DNA from: Verrucomicrobiota bacterium
GTDB taxonomy: Bacteria; Verrucomicrobiota; Verrucomicrobiia; Limisphaerales; Palsa-1400
DNA length: 64,000 nt
Direction of reading: 5' to 3'
Assembly (NCBI GenBank): GCA_049517295.1
Contig: JBEKSF010000013.1
Span: 2,087-66,086, forward strand
How positions within the stretch are numbered: the stretch's first letter is position 1; each line of letters begins with the position of its first letter. Positions 1-10,009 of the stretch are shown in pieces. The translations under genes were made by a program, and so were the position numbers. The notes under the pieces were generated by a model. The model was not told where the DNA came from. It did no database searches and saw nothing but the letters and a program-made list of their open reading frames with translations.

Positions 1-1425
1 GGCCAGCCCCGTGGCGTGCGCGACGGGCACGCCGTCAATGTAAAGGTAACCGGCAACGGATGCGCCATCGAAAACACCCGCCCAGAAATGCCACTGGCCG
101 TCATTCAAGGCCGTTGGGCCGACCAGATCGCTGTTCGGATTAGCGGCAAAATGGGGAAAGGCCGTTTGATCAAGGCTGAATCGATAGGATAGGTCGGCCC
201 GGCCCAGTACCGTCTCAAACCACAGCGGAAGGGCTGTAGGCACCTTTACCCATGCAGTCATGGAAATGGATGCGGTGGCGTCCAGAACGAGCGGATCATT
301 GAATGCGCACCAGACACCCGGGCCACCCTCGGAAGAGTTCACAGGACCGTTGGTATCACCCATCTCACAGGAGTAACTTGCAGTCCCGAAGCCTGGATAA
401 GTTGGGCCGGGGGTGCCTGGCGTCGTGCCGTTTTCGTAGAATCCATTGGCCGCGGCCCCGGCGGTGCCATAGTTGACGGCCACCGGATAGGGAGGGGACA
501 CAGCATCATCCAATCTGTAGTACAAACTCGGATTGCTCTGCATGACCAGGTTGCTGTATGAGACAGAAGGATTTGGATTCAGGGCAGTTTGATAGTGCGC
601 AAGGACGGTATTTGCGTCGAGCGCAGTCGCGTAATACGCCACCTCATCTATAGCCCCGTTAAATGGAAAACCGCCATCGGACCGCGCACCTATCGCCAGG
701 CCGCCGGTGCCGCCGTTTTGGCCGTCGGATGGCACGTAGTCGCTTGCGAAGGGGCCGCTGGCCACCAGAACGCCGTTGAGATAGCCGTACATGTTGGTGG
801 CGGTGACGGCATTGCTGACGACAACCACCAAGTGGTTCCACTGGCCAGGCGTGACCGACTCCACCGCTCCAATCAGGAGGTCGGAGGCAAAAACTGTGCC
901 ATTGGCATCGTAAGCCCTGAACTCGTATTGATCCGGGTTGGAGGCGCCCAGATAGATCAGCCAGCCAGAGCGCGTGCTGCCAGCATCGACAATACTCAAC
1001 GGACACTCTCCGCTACGGACGTATCCGTTGTCGAATGCCTTCAACCAGGCCTCAATTGTGAAGGGCGGCGGATAGGCAATGGGGTTATTTGAAGAGTCCA
1101 AGTACGGGCTTTGAGCATAGGAAAAGGAAGTATTGCCACTTGGCGTCGGCAAAAACACCGCGGCGTCGTCGCCGTCGGAAGTCGCCCCCGTGGCGCCCAG
1201 CAGCACCTCGCCGGTAATGGTGGCATCAAGCGCGGGCGAACCGAGGTTGCCGCTGTTGTGCAATGCAGCAGGCTTGACGGAAACCGGCTGGTTGGTTTCA
1301 GACAAGGGCCAGTAACCGACCGGACTGAGTGCCACAACGGTGTTGAAGTAGGACGATTGGGCCTGGGCGGCTGCGCCAGCCATGAAGGCCGCAAGGGCAC
1401 CGAGGACAAGGAGATTTTCGCGCAT
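1..1425 (-). CDS. Secreted LamG/concanavalin-A-like domain protein (3'-partial, runs off left edge)
   Basis: Not in the ORF track because it has no stop in the window. Hand translation of the minus strand from ATG 1425 gives MRENLLVLGALAAFMAGAAAQAQSSYFNTVVALSPVGYWPLSE...FTIEAWLK...GQWNHLVVV...; bases 60-1 read in the same frame (GYLYIDGVPVAH). Signal peptide plus LamG motifs. Confidence 0.85.
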   Translation of the reverse strand, partial: MRENLLVLGALAAFMAGAAAQAQSSYFNTVVALSPVGYWPLSETNQPVSVKPAALHNSGNLGSPALDATITGEVLLGATGATSDGDDAAVFLPTPSGNTSFSYAQSPYLDSSNNPIAYPPPFTIEAWLKAFDNGYVRSGECPLSIVDAGSTRSGWLIYLGASNPDQYEFRAYDANGTVFASDLLIGAVESVTPGQWNHLVVVVSNAVTATNMYGYLNGVLVASGPFASDYVPSDGQNGGTGGLAIGARSDGGFPFNGAIDEVAYYATALDANTVLAHYQTALNPNPSVSYSNLVMQSNPSLYYRLDDAVSPPYPVAVNYGTAGAAANGFYENGTTPGTPGPTYPGFGTASYSCEMGDTNGPVNSSEGGPGVWCAFNDPLVLDATASISMTAWVKVPTALPLWFETVLGRADLSYRFSLDQTAFPHFAANPNSDLVGPTALNDGQWHFWAGVFDGASVAGYLYIDGVPVAHATGLA

Positions 1426-1597
1426 ACAGAGGTCTTCGATTCTTATTGTTACAGTTCTGCTCTTTCCCTCCCTGGAGGGACGGTCGCGTCTCACAACAAA
1501 TCTCACATTCTCACACCGGAGGAAAGCGCGAAGTGCGCGGTTCAAGGACAATCTCCTTGCTGGAAAAACGAGCGTGGAATTATGCTGTGGTCCGGTT

Positions 1598-3148
1598 ATG
1601 AAGCGCCTGAAAATGATCTCCGATGGGGCGTTGGCGCGCCTGCGCCAGAGCGCCTTGGAGGCATGGCGGCGGCAGGATTATCCGCAATACTTCAACATCA
1701 TGGAGGAGGCCAGCCGCCGGGACCCCGCCAACTCCACCCTCCTGCTGGATATGGGAGCCGCCCACGGTATGCGCTACGATTACGCGGCGGCTGACCGCTG
1801 CTTCGAGAAGGCGGTGCGCGTCGCTCCAGACAGAAACAACGCCCTGGTCATGGCCGGAACCCAATGCCGCGGCTTTGAGCGCTACGAAATGGCTCGAACC
1901 TACTTCGAGCGCGCGGTCAAAGAACCCGGAGCGTCGCCGGACACCTGCGTCAAGCTGGCCGAGATTTACGAGCGATTTCGCCTGCTGGAAGAGGCGTCCG
2001 AATTGGTGGATCGGGCCTTGCGCCTGGCCCCGGACAATGCCCTGGCATCGGTGGTCGGCGCCCGGTTGGACCGATTGCGCGGCAGGGCCGAGGCGGCGGA
2101 GGGACGGCTGCGTGTTTTGCTTTCGCGCTCGGATCGGGAGAGTTGGTCCACCCGCATCCGCGGCTGGTATGAACTAGCCGCGGTGCTGGATGGGCAAGGG
2201 CGATATGACGAGGCGATGGCGGCCCTTCTGCAGGCCAAGGGGATGATCCTGCCAAACGCGGCGCACTATATCGCCGGCCAAAAGCTGGCGCAGTCAAAGT
2301 TGAAGATGGCAGCCGAGCGGCTGGACGCCCGGAGCGTGGAACGGTGGCGCGCGCCGGCGGCCAATCCCCAGCCGCCGCACCGCCTGGCGCTCTTGTGCGG
2401 CCATCCGCGCTCCGGCACCACGCTGCTGGAGCAAGTGCTCGACTCGCACCCGGATTTGTATTCGGCGGAGGAGACGGGGATTTTTATGCGCGAGTCCTGG
2501 ATGTGTCTGTTGCGCGGCTCGCCGCCGGAGAGGTTGATGCTGGAGGCGCTGGAATCGGCGCCGCCCGCCGCCTTGGCGCAAGCGCGGCAAAACTACATGG
2601 ACTGCATGGCGCGCTTTGTGGGGCATCCGCCGGATGGCCGGATGTTGATCGACAAAAACCCGTCGCTGACCGTCTTGATTCCGGCTTTTGTCCGGGTCTT
2701 CCCGGAGGCGAAATTTCTGGTGGCGCTGAGGGACCCGCGCGACGTCTGCCTGAGTTGTTTCATGCAGCCTCTGCCGCTGGGACAGGTCAGTGCCGTTTTC
2801 CTCACCCTGGAGGAAACGGTGCGGGAATACGCGTCGGCAATGGGTTTGTGGAAGGCGGCCGCGCCGTGCCTGGGCGATATGTTTCTGGAAGTCCGCTATG
2901 AGGATTTGGTGGCGGACCTGGAGGGGGTTTCCCGCCGGGCTCTCCAGTTTCTCGGGGTGGGGTGGGACGAACGGGTGCTGCGATTCGACGAACACGCGCG
3001 AAGCAAGCTGGTGCGCTCGCCCACATACGCCGCAGTCGCCAGACCGGTCTCCAAGGGCGCGATTGGACGCTGGCGCAATTACCAAAAACACCTCCAACCG
3101 TGGCTGGAAGCACTGGCCCCTTTTGTCAAGGCCTTTGGCTACGAGTAA
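1598..3148 (+). CDS. TPR-repeat sulfotransferase (Sulfotransfer_3-like)
   Basis: N-terminal TPR-like helices; PAPS-binding GHPRSGTTLLEQVLDSHP and RDPRDVCLSCF; YEDLV motif. Start moved to ATG 1598 because the ORF-track start overlaps the divergent gene. Confidence 0.88.
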   Translation: MKRLKMISDGALARLRQSALEAWRRQDYPQYFNIMEEASRRDPANSTLLLDMGAAHGMRYDYAAADRCFEKAVRVAPDRNNALVMAGTQCRGFERYEMARTYFERAVKEPGASPDTCVKLAEIYERFRLLEEASELVDRALRLAPDNALASVVGARLDRLRGRAEAAEGRLRVLLSRSDRESWSTRIRGWYELAAVLDGQGRYDEAMAALLQAKGMILPNAAHYIAGQKLAQSKLKMAAERLDARSVERWRAPAANPQPPHRLALLCGHPRSGTTLLEQVLDSHPDLYSAEETGIFMRESWMCLLRGSPPERLMLEALESAPPAALAQARQNYMDCMARFVGHPPDGRMLIDKNPSLTVLIPAFVRVFPEAKFLVALRDPRDVCLSCFMQPLPLGQVSAVFLTLEETVREYASAMGLWKAAAPCLGDMFLEVRYEDLVADLEGVSRRALQFLGVGWDERVLRFDEHARSKLVRSPTYAAVARPVSKGAIGRWRNYQKHLQPWLEALAPFVKAFGYE

Positions 3149-3180
3149 CCCGGCGCCGGCGATGGCGGGGATGGAAAGAA

Positions 3181-3208
3181 CAAGGGCCGGGATTGCTCCC
3201 GGCCCTTG
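3181..3208 (-). terminator. Intrinsic terminator between convergent genes
   Basis: Perfect 12-bp stem CAAGGGCCGGGA/TCCCGGCCCTTG with GCAA loop on the minus strand, followed by TTCTTT. Confidence 0.7.
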
Positions 3209-3244
3209 CTGATAATCGGATCGCTCAGAACGATCCGCTTGGGC

Positions 3245-6200
3245 CTATTGAAGCGACAGCCTGTAGAAGGCGGTGCTGGTTCCAGGAGTCAAGGTGACTT
3301 GGTTCATGGAATTGACGATCACTGGCGTGGCGGTCACGTTGGCCCACGGGCCATTCACGTGGGCGCTTCCCTGCAGCACGAACAAGGTCGCCACTGAGAC
3401 CGGCCAGGAAATCACCGCGCTTTGGCCCGTGCTGCGCGCGACACTGAGAATGGGCGGTGTGGTGTAGGAGAACATGAAGTCCGACACCCTCTGGATGGAA
3501 TTGTCGCCGCCGGTGGCTCCGGTAAAGCCGACCAGCGCGCTGCTACCGCCGACGATGGCGGGCATGTCCGGCACGGTATAAGTGGTCGTGAAGGAATTCC
3601 CCGTCTTGGAATCCACGAGCCACACTGTCGCAACATTCTCGTTGAAGTAGAGCTGAACGTTGATCGGGTCTCCACTGGAGAGGCTCACCGGCGCGACGCT
3701 CGAATAAGGCACTGTCGGATTGACGCTGTCCGGCGTGCTCCCATCGGTGCCGAACTGAACGCCGGAGCCGCCCGAAGCGTATGGATAGAGGTTCATCTCG
3801 AACGCGGCGCTCGGGGTGATGCCGTAGTAAGCCAACGACCCGCCACCGCCGCCGAGCGCATTCGTGCCCGCCGGAGCGTTTTGCAGGCAGAAGGTGGAGC
3901 CGTCGGCCTCCGGACTGCTGGTGCCCGTCGCGGAGGTGTAGGTGAAGGTGGCGACGAAACCGCCGATGTACTGCGGCGTGTTGAAGAAGGCGCTGGAAAT
4001 CTCGCCATTCGTGCCGTCGGTGAGCGTCAGCAAATCATTGACGATGCTGGGGTGATTGGTAGCTCCCGGCCAACCCGACCCCCGGTTCAGGGTCCAACCC
4101 GTGCCGTCGCCGCCAAAGGTGATGACAGGCGGAGGGTTGGTTAACCCCAAGACCACGGCCATTGAACTGGTGGTGGGGGTTCCAGCGGAGTCGGTGTTGG
4201 TGATGGCGACGCTATAACTATTGGAGCCTGCCAACGCGGTGAACGAATAGCTGGAGCTTGTCGCTCCCCCAATGGCGCCGCTCCCCTGATACCATTGGTA
4301 GGAGAACGGTTCGGTGCCGGTCGCTGTCACCGAGAAGGTGACCGGGATTCCGACGGGAACCTCGACCAACAACGGGGAGAGGTCCACCGCAACCACCGGC
4401 GCCCCCGACTGCACATTGAGAGTGACATAGGAACTGGTGACCACGCCATAGGCATTGGAAACCACCACGAAGTACTCAAAAGACCCCCAGCTCGTCTGGA
4501 CGTTGGTGAGCTGCAAGGTGGAGTTGGTGGCCGATGGGATCGTCACTGTCTGCGAACTCTGGTTCAAGTAAGACCATTGGAAAGAGAAGGGTATGTCGCC
4601 CAGCGCCGTCGCGTGGATGGAGCCGTTTCCGTCCTGATCAACCGCGACGGTGGCTGGCACGGTCACAAGGGGCGCCGTGCCCGCGGCGCCGAAGAGGGCC
4701 TGGATTTGCGACTGCGAGAGAGCCTGGGGAATGACGGCCACGTGGCAAAGGTTGCCGGAGAGATAGCGTGTCGTGTAGTCTGGCGCGCCGGCAAGATACA
4801 GATCGAGGCTGTTTCCAACGACTGACCTGATCATATTCGAGGCCACGAGCGCACTATCCACGTAGAGAAAGCCATTGGCTGCGGCGCCGCTGCCCCCCTC
4901 ATACACGCCGACTATGAAGTGCCAATTGCCGTCCACTATGGAGCCCGAACTGGTCGCGTCCCCGGAGCTATTGTTGCCGTCGTTAAAGCCAGGGTCTCCG
5001 CTCGTGTTGACACTCAACCGGTAGGAGCTGTCGCCATGTCCGAGGATGTCCGCGAACGCCGTCTCAAAAGCCGACTGTTGGACCCACGCCATGATCGTGA
5101 CGGGCGTGGTGATGTTGAACGGGCCTAACGGGACGTCAACGTAATTGTCCCCCGTGAACTCAACGCTGTAGCTTGGGGAGCCAAAGCCGGGGGTCGGCAC
5201 CCCCGGTTGCAGGAGGCCGGGGCCGCCAATGTAAGTCCCGTTATAGCCGCCGACATAATCATAAGCGACCGAGCCGCTGATTTCTTCCAAGGGCCAATAG
5301 GCCAGCGGAGCGAAGGTCAGCAATTGTTTCTGATACGCGCTGGGCGTCTCGACGGTCAGGCTCAGAGCCGCGCTGTTGGTGGAGCCGTAAAAATTGCTGA
5401 TAGTGCAAGTGTAATTCCCCGTCGCGTTGGTTTGCACGTTGGGGATCGTCAACGCGGCGTTGGTCGCGGCGGAAATCTTGTTTGTCGAATTGTAGTACCA
5501 CTGGTAGGTGTCAGGCCCGATCCCATTGGCGACCACACTGGCGTTGAGTGTCACGCCGGCCAGCAGAACCTCGCCGCTTGCCGGTTGTTGCAGGATGCCG
5601 GGCGGAACGTCGGCCAGGGAGCCTAGAAGCTGGACTTCGGCGATTTGAACGCCGTTGGAGGCTATGGTGTCGTTGTTGACGTTGGTAAAGGTCAAGCGGT
5701 AGGTCCCGTACGCGGTGGTGTTGGGAAAGTCAATTTCCTGAAGAACTTGATTGGTCACGTTGATGACGCCGGCGGCGGCATTGCGTTGCGCGGGCAATGC
5801 CAGCAGCCCGCCGGCAATCGCCGTGAAGTTGACGCCGTCAGTGGAGCCTTCCAACAGGTAATCCGCCGGATCGTCCTCAGGATGACTGCTGGCGGTAAAA
5901 AGCCGCAAACCCGTCACCACCGACACGCCCGCCCTGGGTGTGACAACGAAACCGACCGGCCCGGAAAATGGGGCGACGCTGTCGTTGCCGCCAAAATTGA
6001 TGTATTCAGTAAGCGTGTCGTCATTGACGTTCTCCGGCGACGTCAGCATAAATGGCGGCGGGAGCGAGTTGTAAGGCGAATTCGTATTGTTGTTGAAGTC
6101 GGTCACCACGTCGGCCGGTTGCAGCACGTTGGTGCCGGTGGAGGTCAGAAGGGTCAGCGGCGCCGCCGAGGTGGCGTTGGTCGCGCTGGCCGTGGTGATG

Positions 6201-7285
6201 ACACACTGATACAAGCCGACATTGGTCGAAGCGACGCTGCTGATCGTCAGGTTGGTGGTGGCCGAACCGTTGATATTCCCCACATCGGAGAGGACGTTGG
6301 TGACGCCGGCGCTGATAAACTGCCACCGGAAGGAGGGGCTGGAGGCAAAGACAGGCGTAAACGAAAAACTCGCCGTCCCGCCCGCGCGGACATTTTGCGC
6401 CGCCGTGCTGGCAATCGCCGTGGGCGGCGGGTTGAAGATCAATTGAAAACCGTTCACATCGGTTTCGCCGGTCAAATTGGTGTTGCCGACGCCGTCCTGG
6501 GGATTGGGAGAGGCGGTGATAATGATGTTGCCGCTGGCATTGGGTGTGACGTTTTCAAATATGACGAAGTTCTGTCCCTCGACATAGCCCGGGGCCGGGG
6601 AGCCGTTCATGCCGTTGAGCGTCGCGGCGATCCCATTATGGGCGTTGCCACTGTTGACTGAGAACAATGTGCCGCGATTATTATCGTAGTTGGCGCCATA
6701 CAGGAAAAGCCCGTAGGTGCCCGCGGGGACGTTCTCCAACGTAAAAACCTCCGAAGGGGTGGTGCCATTCTTGTAGGCGGCTTCGCCCAAGAGAAACGCC
6801 GGACTGCCAGTCGGGACGACAAAAGACCCCACGCCCCCTATGCCATTGTCCCCTCCGTAACCGCTCACCGACAGCGTAATCGGGGTCCATTGGCCGCCGG
6901 AAGTGGCGTTGCCCGTGTTGGTGAGGCTTCCCGTAGTGAAATTAAAAAGCGAAGGACCGGTGGAGCTAACCCAGCCTGAACCGCTGTTGTAGGCGGCATA
7001 AGGGTTGCCTGGATTTCCATACTCTTGCGGCCAGGGACCGCTGCCGCCGGGACCGTCGCTATAAAAATAAGTGCTTTTGTAACCGGCGTAGAAGCCGAAA
7101 CCGTTCCAAATATCGTTGCCAGGGTCCGAATAGGCGCCTTGTCCAACGAAGAGCTCCTCATAGCCAACGCCAGGGAAAGCGAGCTGGCCGTTGGCGGCAT
7201 CGTGAAAATTGACCACCTGCCCCATCGCGCCGGAAGCCAGCAGCGCGGGGATCACCGCTGAACTGAGGAAGAGTTTTCGTTTCAT
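3245..7285 (-). CDS. Large secreted multidomain glycan-binding/adhesin protein (Ig repeats, discoidin-like, LamG, legume-lectin-like, C-terminal FYRL domain)
   Basis: 1346 aa; signal peptide; Ig motifs (YQW...G.Y.C); LamG (AYWPL, WHFIVGVY); L-lectin-like (ADGSTF...VGFTGATGG); ends AFYRLSLQ. Confidence 0.85.
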   Translation of the reverse strand: MKRKLFLSSAVIPALLASGAMGQVVNFHDAANGQLAFPGVGYEELFVGQGAYSDPGNDIWNGFGFYAGYKSTYFYSDGPGGSGPWPQEYGNPGNPYAAYNSGSGWVSSTGPSLFNFTTGSLTNTGNATSGGQWTPITLSVSGYGGDNGIGGVGSFVVPTGSPAFLLGEAAYKNGTTPSEVFTLENVPAGTYGLFLYGANYDNNRGTLFSVNSGNAHNGIAATLNGMNGSPAPGYVEGQNFVIFENVTPNASGNIIITASPNPQDGVGNTNLTGETDVNGFQLIFNPPPTAIASTAAQNVRAGGTASFSFTPVFASSPSFRWQFISAGVTNVLSDVGNINGSATTNLTISSVASTNVGLYQCVITTASATNATSAAPLTLLTSTGTNVLQPADVVTDFNNNTNSPYNSLPPPFMLTSPENVNDDTLTEYINFGGNDSVAPFSGPVGFVVTPRAGVSVVTGLRLFTASSHPEDDPADYLLEGSTDGVNFTAIAGGLLALPAQRNAAAGVINVTNQVLQEIDFPNTTAYGTYRLTFTNVNNDTIASNGVQIAEVQLLGSLADVPPGILQQPASGEVLLAGVTLNASVVANGIGPDTYQWYYNSTNKISAATNAALTIPNVQTNATGNYTCTISNFYGSTNSAALSLTVETPSAYQKQLLTFAPLAYWPLEEISGSVAYDYVGGYNGTYIGGPGLLQPGVPTPGFGSPSYSVEFTGDNYVDVPLGPFNITTPVTIMAWVQQSAFETAFADILGHGDSSYRLSVNTSGDPGFNDGNNSSGDATSSGSIVDGNWHFIVGVYEGGSGAAANGFLYVDSALVASNMIRSVVGNSLDLYLAGAPDYTTRYLSGNLCHVAVIPQALSQSQIQALFGAAGTAPLVTVPATVAVDQDGNGSIHATALGDIPFSFQWSYLNQSSQTVTIPSATNSTLQLTNVQTSWGSFEYFVVVSNAYGVVTSSYVTLNVQSGAPVVAVDLSPLLVEVPVGIPVTFSVTATGTEPFSYQWYQGSGAIGGATSSSYSFTALAGSNSYSVAITNTDSAGTPTTSSMAVVLGLTNPPPVITFGGDGTGWTLNRGSGWPGATNHPSIVNDLLTLTDGTNGEISSAFFNTPQYIGGFVATFTYTSATGTSSPEADGSTFCLQNAPAGTNALGGGGGSLAYYGITPSAAFEMNLYPYASGGSGVQFGTDGSTPDSVNPTVPYSSVAPVSLSSGDPINVQLYFNENVATVWLVDSKTGNSFTTTYTVPDMPAIVGGSSALVGFTGATGGDNSIQRVSDFMFSYTTPPILSVARSTGQSAVISWPVSVATLFVLQGSAHVNGPWANVTATPVIVNSMNQVTLTPGTSTAFYRLSLQ

Positions 7286-7533
7286 AATTTTTATTCTGTT
7301 GTCGGTTTATCGCAGATTGACGGGCGTTGCCAAGCTGACAAGCAGAGGAAGGTCGCGTCCCGGGCACAATGCCCCCGCCCGCGTGCGACGACCAACCCAC
7401 CCCGCCTGAACCAGCAAGCCATACCCGCATTCAACGCAGGCCGGCGCCAACTCGATGCGCCAGCGCATTCGCGGAGAGTTATGTTCTGACATTGTTTATT
7501 GCACGCATTGCGCCTGTCTGGAAGCCGAATCTA

Positions 7534-7554
7534 CTTGTTTTAAAACAAAACAAG
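7534..7554. promoter_or_regulatory. Candidate operator CTTGTTT-N7-AAACAAG (copy 1)
   Basis: CTTGTTTTAAAACAAAACAAG; AT-rich inverted repeat, 19/21 identical to the copy at 9911. Confidence 0.6.
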
Positions 7555-7568
7555 CTTATGGCGATGGA

Positions 7569-8711
7569 TCACTCCGCCGGGCGTGGCGCCGGGCCGATGC
7601 TTTGGCCGGCCCTGTATTCCAGGCGCACGCGCAGGGAGCGTCGGACCACGTGGCCGGTTTCCACCAACTCGATGACCCGGTGCCGGATGTGGCGTGCAAA
7701 CATGATGGGATTATTTTCATAGTGGCAGATCGGAGGGTAGAGGTCTTGAAACCAACTATCGCTGGGGATGCAAACGAGCGAAACATCGGCGGGCACGCCA
7801 ATGCCTCGGGACACCATCCAGGAGAGGCTGGTGAGCAGTTGGCTCGAACTGCTGAACACCAGGGCTGTGGGCCGCGGGTTGATCTTGAAGACCATTTCCA
7901 ATGACCGTGCCACCGACTCGGGCGTTTGCTGGTCCTTGAACACCAGGGTCTGGCCGGGCGGCGCGAGGGTCGCCAACGCCCGCCGCACGCCGCGTTCCAC
8001 CGCCAGCGCGCCCGGCCCCGGCTCCTCGAAGCTCAGGATGCCGACGAAGCGGTGTCCCTGGCGGGCCAGTTGGAGTCCGGCGTGGAAGGCGGCTGACTCC
8101 CAATCGTTGACAACATAGGGGAGGGTGACACCGGGGTAAGGCGTTCCGTAAATGAAGGTCGGCAGCCCCTGGTGCTCGAACCATTCCTGAACCGCGCGCC
8201 CGGTAAAATGGAGAATCCACGCCGCCGACGGGTTCTCGCCCGTCAACCGCTCCAAGTGCCCGTGGGGGTGGGAAAGGTGGAAGATGCGGGGGGAGAGGAA
8301 TCGCAATTCCCTGCCCTGCTTTGCAAGATGCCTTTGCAGATCCTCCAACTCCAGAAGGATGATCCGATCCACAACGGCCTGCGGCGATAGAAAGGTCACA
8401 GGCAGCGGCCGGCCGGACGGCGGGCGCGGCAAGGATGGGCGCTGGCTGACCACGCGGCGTTGGCACCCCCTGGCCGGCGCCGTCACCCAACCCTCATGTT
8501 CGAGCGTTTTCAACGCCAAACGCAACGTATCCCGGCCCACGTCCAGGCGCGATTTAAGCCGCAATTCGCCGGGGACAATTCCCCTCAAAATGCCGGTTTT
8601 GATCCATTCCTTGAGGACCGCCGCCGTTTCAGCAACCAGACTGGTCCGCTGGGGCAACCGCTCCCCGACGAGGATCGAACTTCCTTGAGAACTGAGTTTC
8701 CGATCATGCAT
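7569..8711 (-). CDS. GntR-family regulator with LacI-type periplasmic-binding-protein-like sensor domain
   Basis: N-terminal wHTH (PGELRLKSRLDVGRDTLRLALKTLEHEG); C-terminal sugar-binding fold (QGHR..., PTAL..., GIGVPADVSLV). Confidence 0.82.
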   Translation of the reverse strand: MHDRKLSSQGSSILVGERLPQRTSLVAETAAVLKEWIKTGILRGIVPGELRLKSRLDVGRDTLRLALKTLEHEGWVTAPARGCQRRVVSQRPSLPRPPSGRPLPVTFLSPQAVVDRIILLELEDLQRHLAKQGRELRFLSPRIFHLSHPHGHLERLTGENPSAAWILHFTGRAVQEWFEHQGLPTFIYGTPYPGVTLPYVVNDWESAAFHAGLQLARQGHRFVGILSFEEPGPGALAVERGVRRALATLAPPGQTLVFKDQQTPESVARSLEMVFKINPRPTALVFSSSSQLLTSLSWMVSRGIGVPADVSLVCIPSDSWFQDLYPPICHYENNPIMFARHIRHRVIELVETGHVVRRSLRVRLEYRAGQSIGPAPRPAE

Positions 8712-8864
8712 TTTGCGGTCAGGAAAGCATTACCGCGAAGCACTTAGGCATCCGCTGGATGGCCCAAGTGCGTCAGGCATTTGTGGTCAGCCTCACTTTT
8801 GCACCCCCCCGAGACGGAGCCAACCGCTCGTTCCGAGTTTTCCCCCACCGATACGGCGAGTGAA

Positions 8865-9830
8865 TCAGCCGGGGTTCGGAAAATTCATCTCCGAGGGATT
8901 GTTGTCGGAAGGATAAGACGTCCGCCAGCCAACCCAGAAGATATCGGTTTCGTTTGGAAACTCCCTTTCGTCAGTAGTGCCCCATGTCGGATTGTTCCCA
9001 GTCGGTCCGTCATACTCGGAGGCGATGTCCTGAGGCAGCTTCCAATGGTGAATTTCGGCATGACCATCGCAAAAGCTAAATCCACAGGCGTTGTTATGCC
9101 TTTTGGAGGGCATATCAATCCACTCTCCCGAATTGCCAGTGGGCATTACGACGGCAAAAGCGGCGTCATTGATGCTGTCGGCATTCTCATCGGTCATGAG
9201 CCAGAGGCTGGCAGGGGAAGGATGATTGAAATCTCCCTCTCTGATATAGGTCTGGTATTTGGGAGCCGGCAACCAGGCGCCCTGCAAAGGATCGGTTGAA
9301 CTTCCAGACACTCCTCTGTCGCCGTTGTGGTTGGCGCCAACGGCCTGGTTCATGGAGTAGCTGCGCAAACGAGGAGGCCCTTGACGGCCCGCCTGATTGC
9401 AACTTTGGTCAGCGGCGCAACGCATCACCCACGGGTTTTTGAGGTAAGAGCCGAGCTGGGAATAGTATGAGTTGAGAAAGTAAACGGTGTTGGTATTGGC
9501 ATCAACCGGAGAAGGGGCACTGCCGGTGCCCACGTAACCTTCCCAGCCATAAATCCCCGCCGGCGGCACCTGCTGGCCTTCCTCATTGTAACAGAAATTT
9601 CCCTTGAAGTCGCTGTTGTAGGATGCCCAGGCGATGCCGACCTGGCGGAAGTTGGATACGCACTCGCTGCCTTGGGCCTGCATTTTGGCATGGGCCAGGG
9701 CCGGCAGCAGGATCGCTGCCAGAATCGCGATAATCGCGATCACCACCAGAAGTTCAATCAACGTGAAACCGCCAGTGTCCGGTTTTCCCGGCACAGGGTT
9801 TCGCGATGTCACAGCAGATTTAAGAGGCAT
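8865..9830 (-). CDS. Prepilin-type N-terminal cleavage / H-X9-DG (DUF1559-like) protein
   Basis: GG|[24 protein letters not shown]; RSYSMN; C-terminal [15 protein letters not shown]. Start is 9830 or 9839. Confidence 0.9.
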   Translation of the reverse strand: MPLKSAVTSRNPVPGKPDTGGFTLIELLVVIAIIAILAAILLPALAHAKMQAQGSECVSNFRQVGIAWASYNSDFKGNFCYNEEGQQVPPAGIYGWEGYVGTGSAPSPVDANTNTVYFLNSYYSQLGSYLKNPWVMRCAADQSCNQAGRQGPPRLRSYSMNQAVGANHNGDRGVSGSSTDPLQGAWLPAPKYQTYIREGDFNHPSPASLWLMTDENADSINDAAFAVVMPTGNSGEWIDMPSKRHNNACGFSFCDGHAEIHHWKLPQDIASEYDGPTGNNPTWGTTDEREFPNETDIFWVGWRTSYPSDNNPSEMNFPNPG

Positions 9831-9910
9831 CGTTCTCATCAGTCCAAATGAAGCTTTTGCGCTTTGTCTTTAATATCACACCCTGGCGGGGATTTGCAAA
9901 GGCAAATGCG

Positions 9911-9931
9911 CTTGTTTGGAAACAAAACAAG
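9911..9931. promoter_or_regulatory. Candidate operator CTTGTTT-N7-AAACAAG (copy 2)
   Basis: CTTGTTTGGAAACAAAACAAG, just upstream of a weak minus-strand TTGCAA-N18-TATTAA promoter-like sequence. Confidence 0.6.
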
Positions 9932-10009
9932 GCACGCCCCCCCTCTCGTCGTAATCGCCCCTGGAGGCGTGAGGGATGGAACCGGATCGGAAGGGTGTAT
10001 TCCCGGCGG

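Noticed and set aside
7286-7500. Long leader of the 1346-aa gene as a possible riboswitch
   Set aside because: No known aptamer consensus recognised; an Rfam search would be needed.
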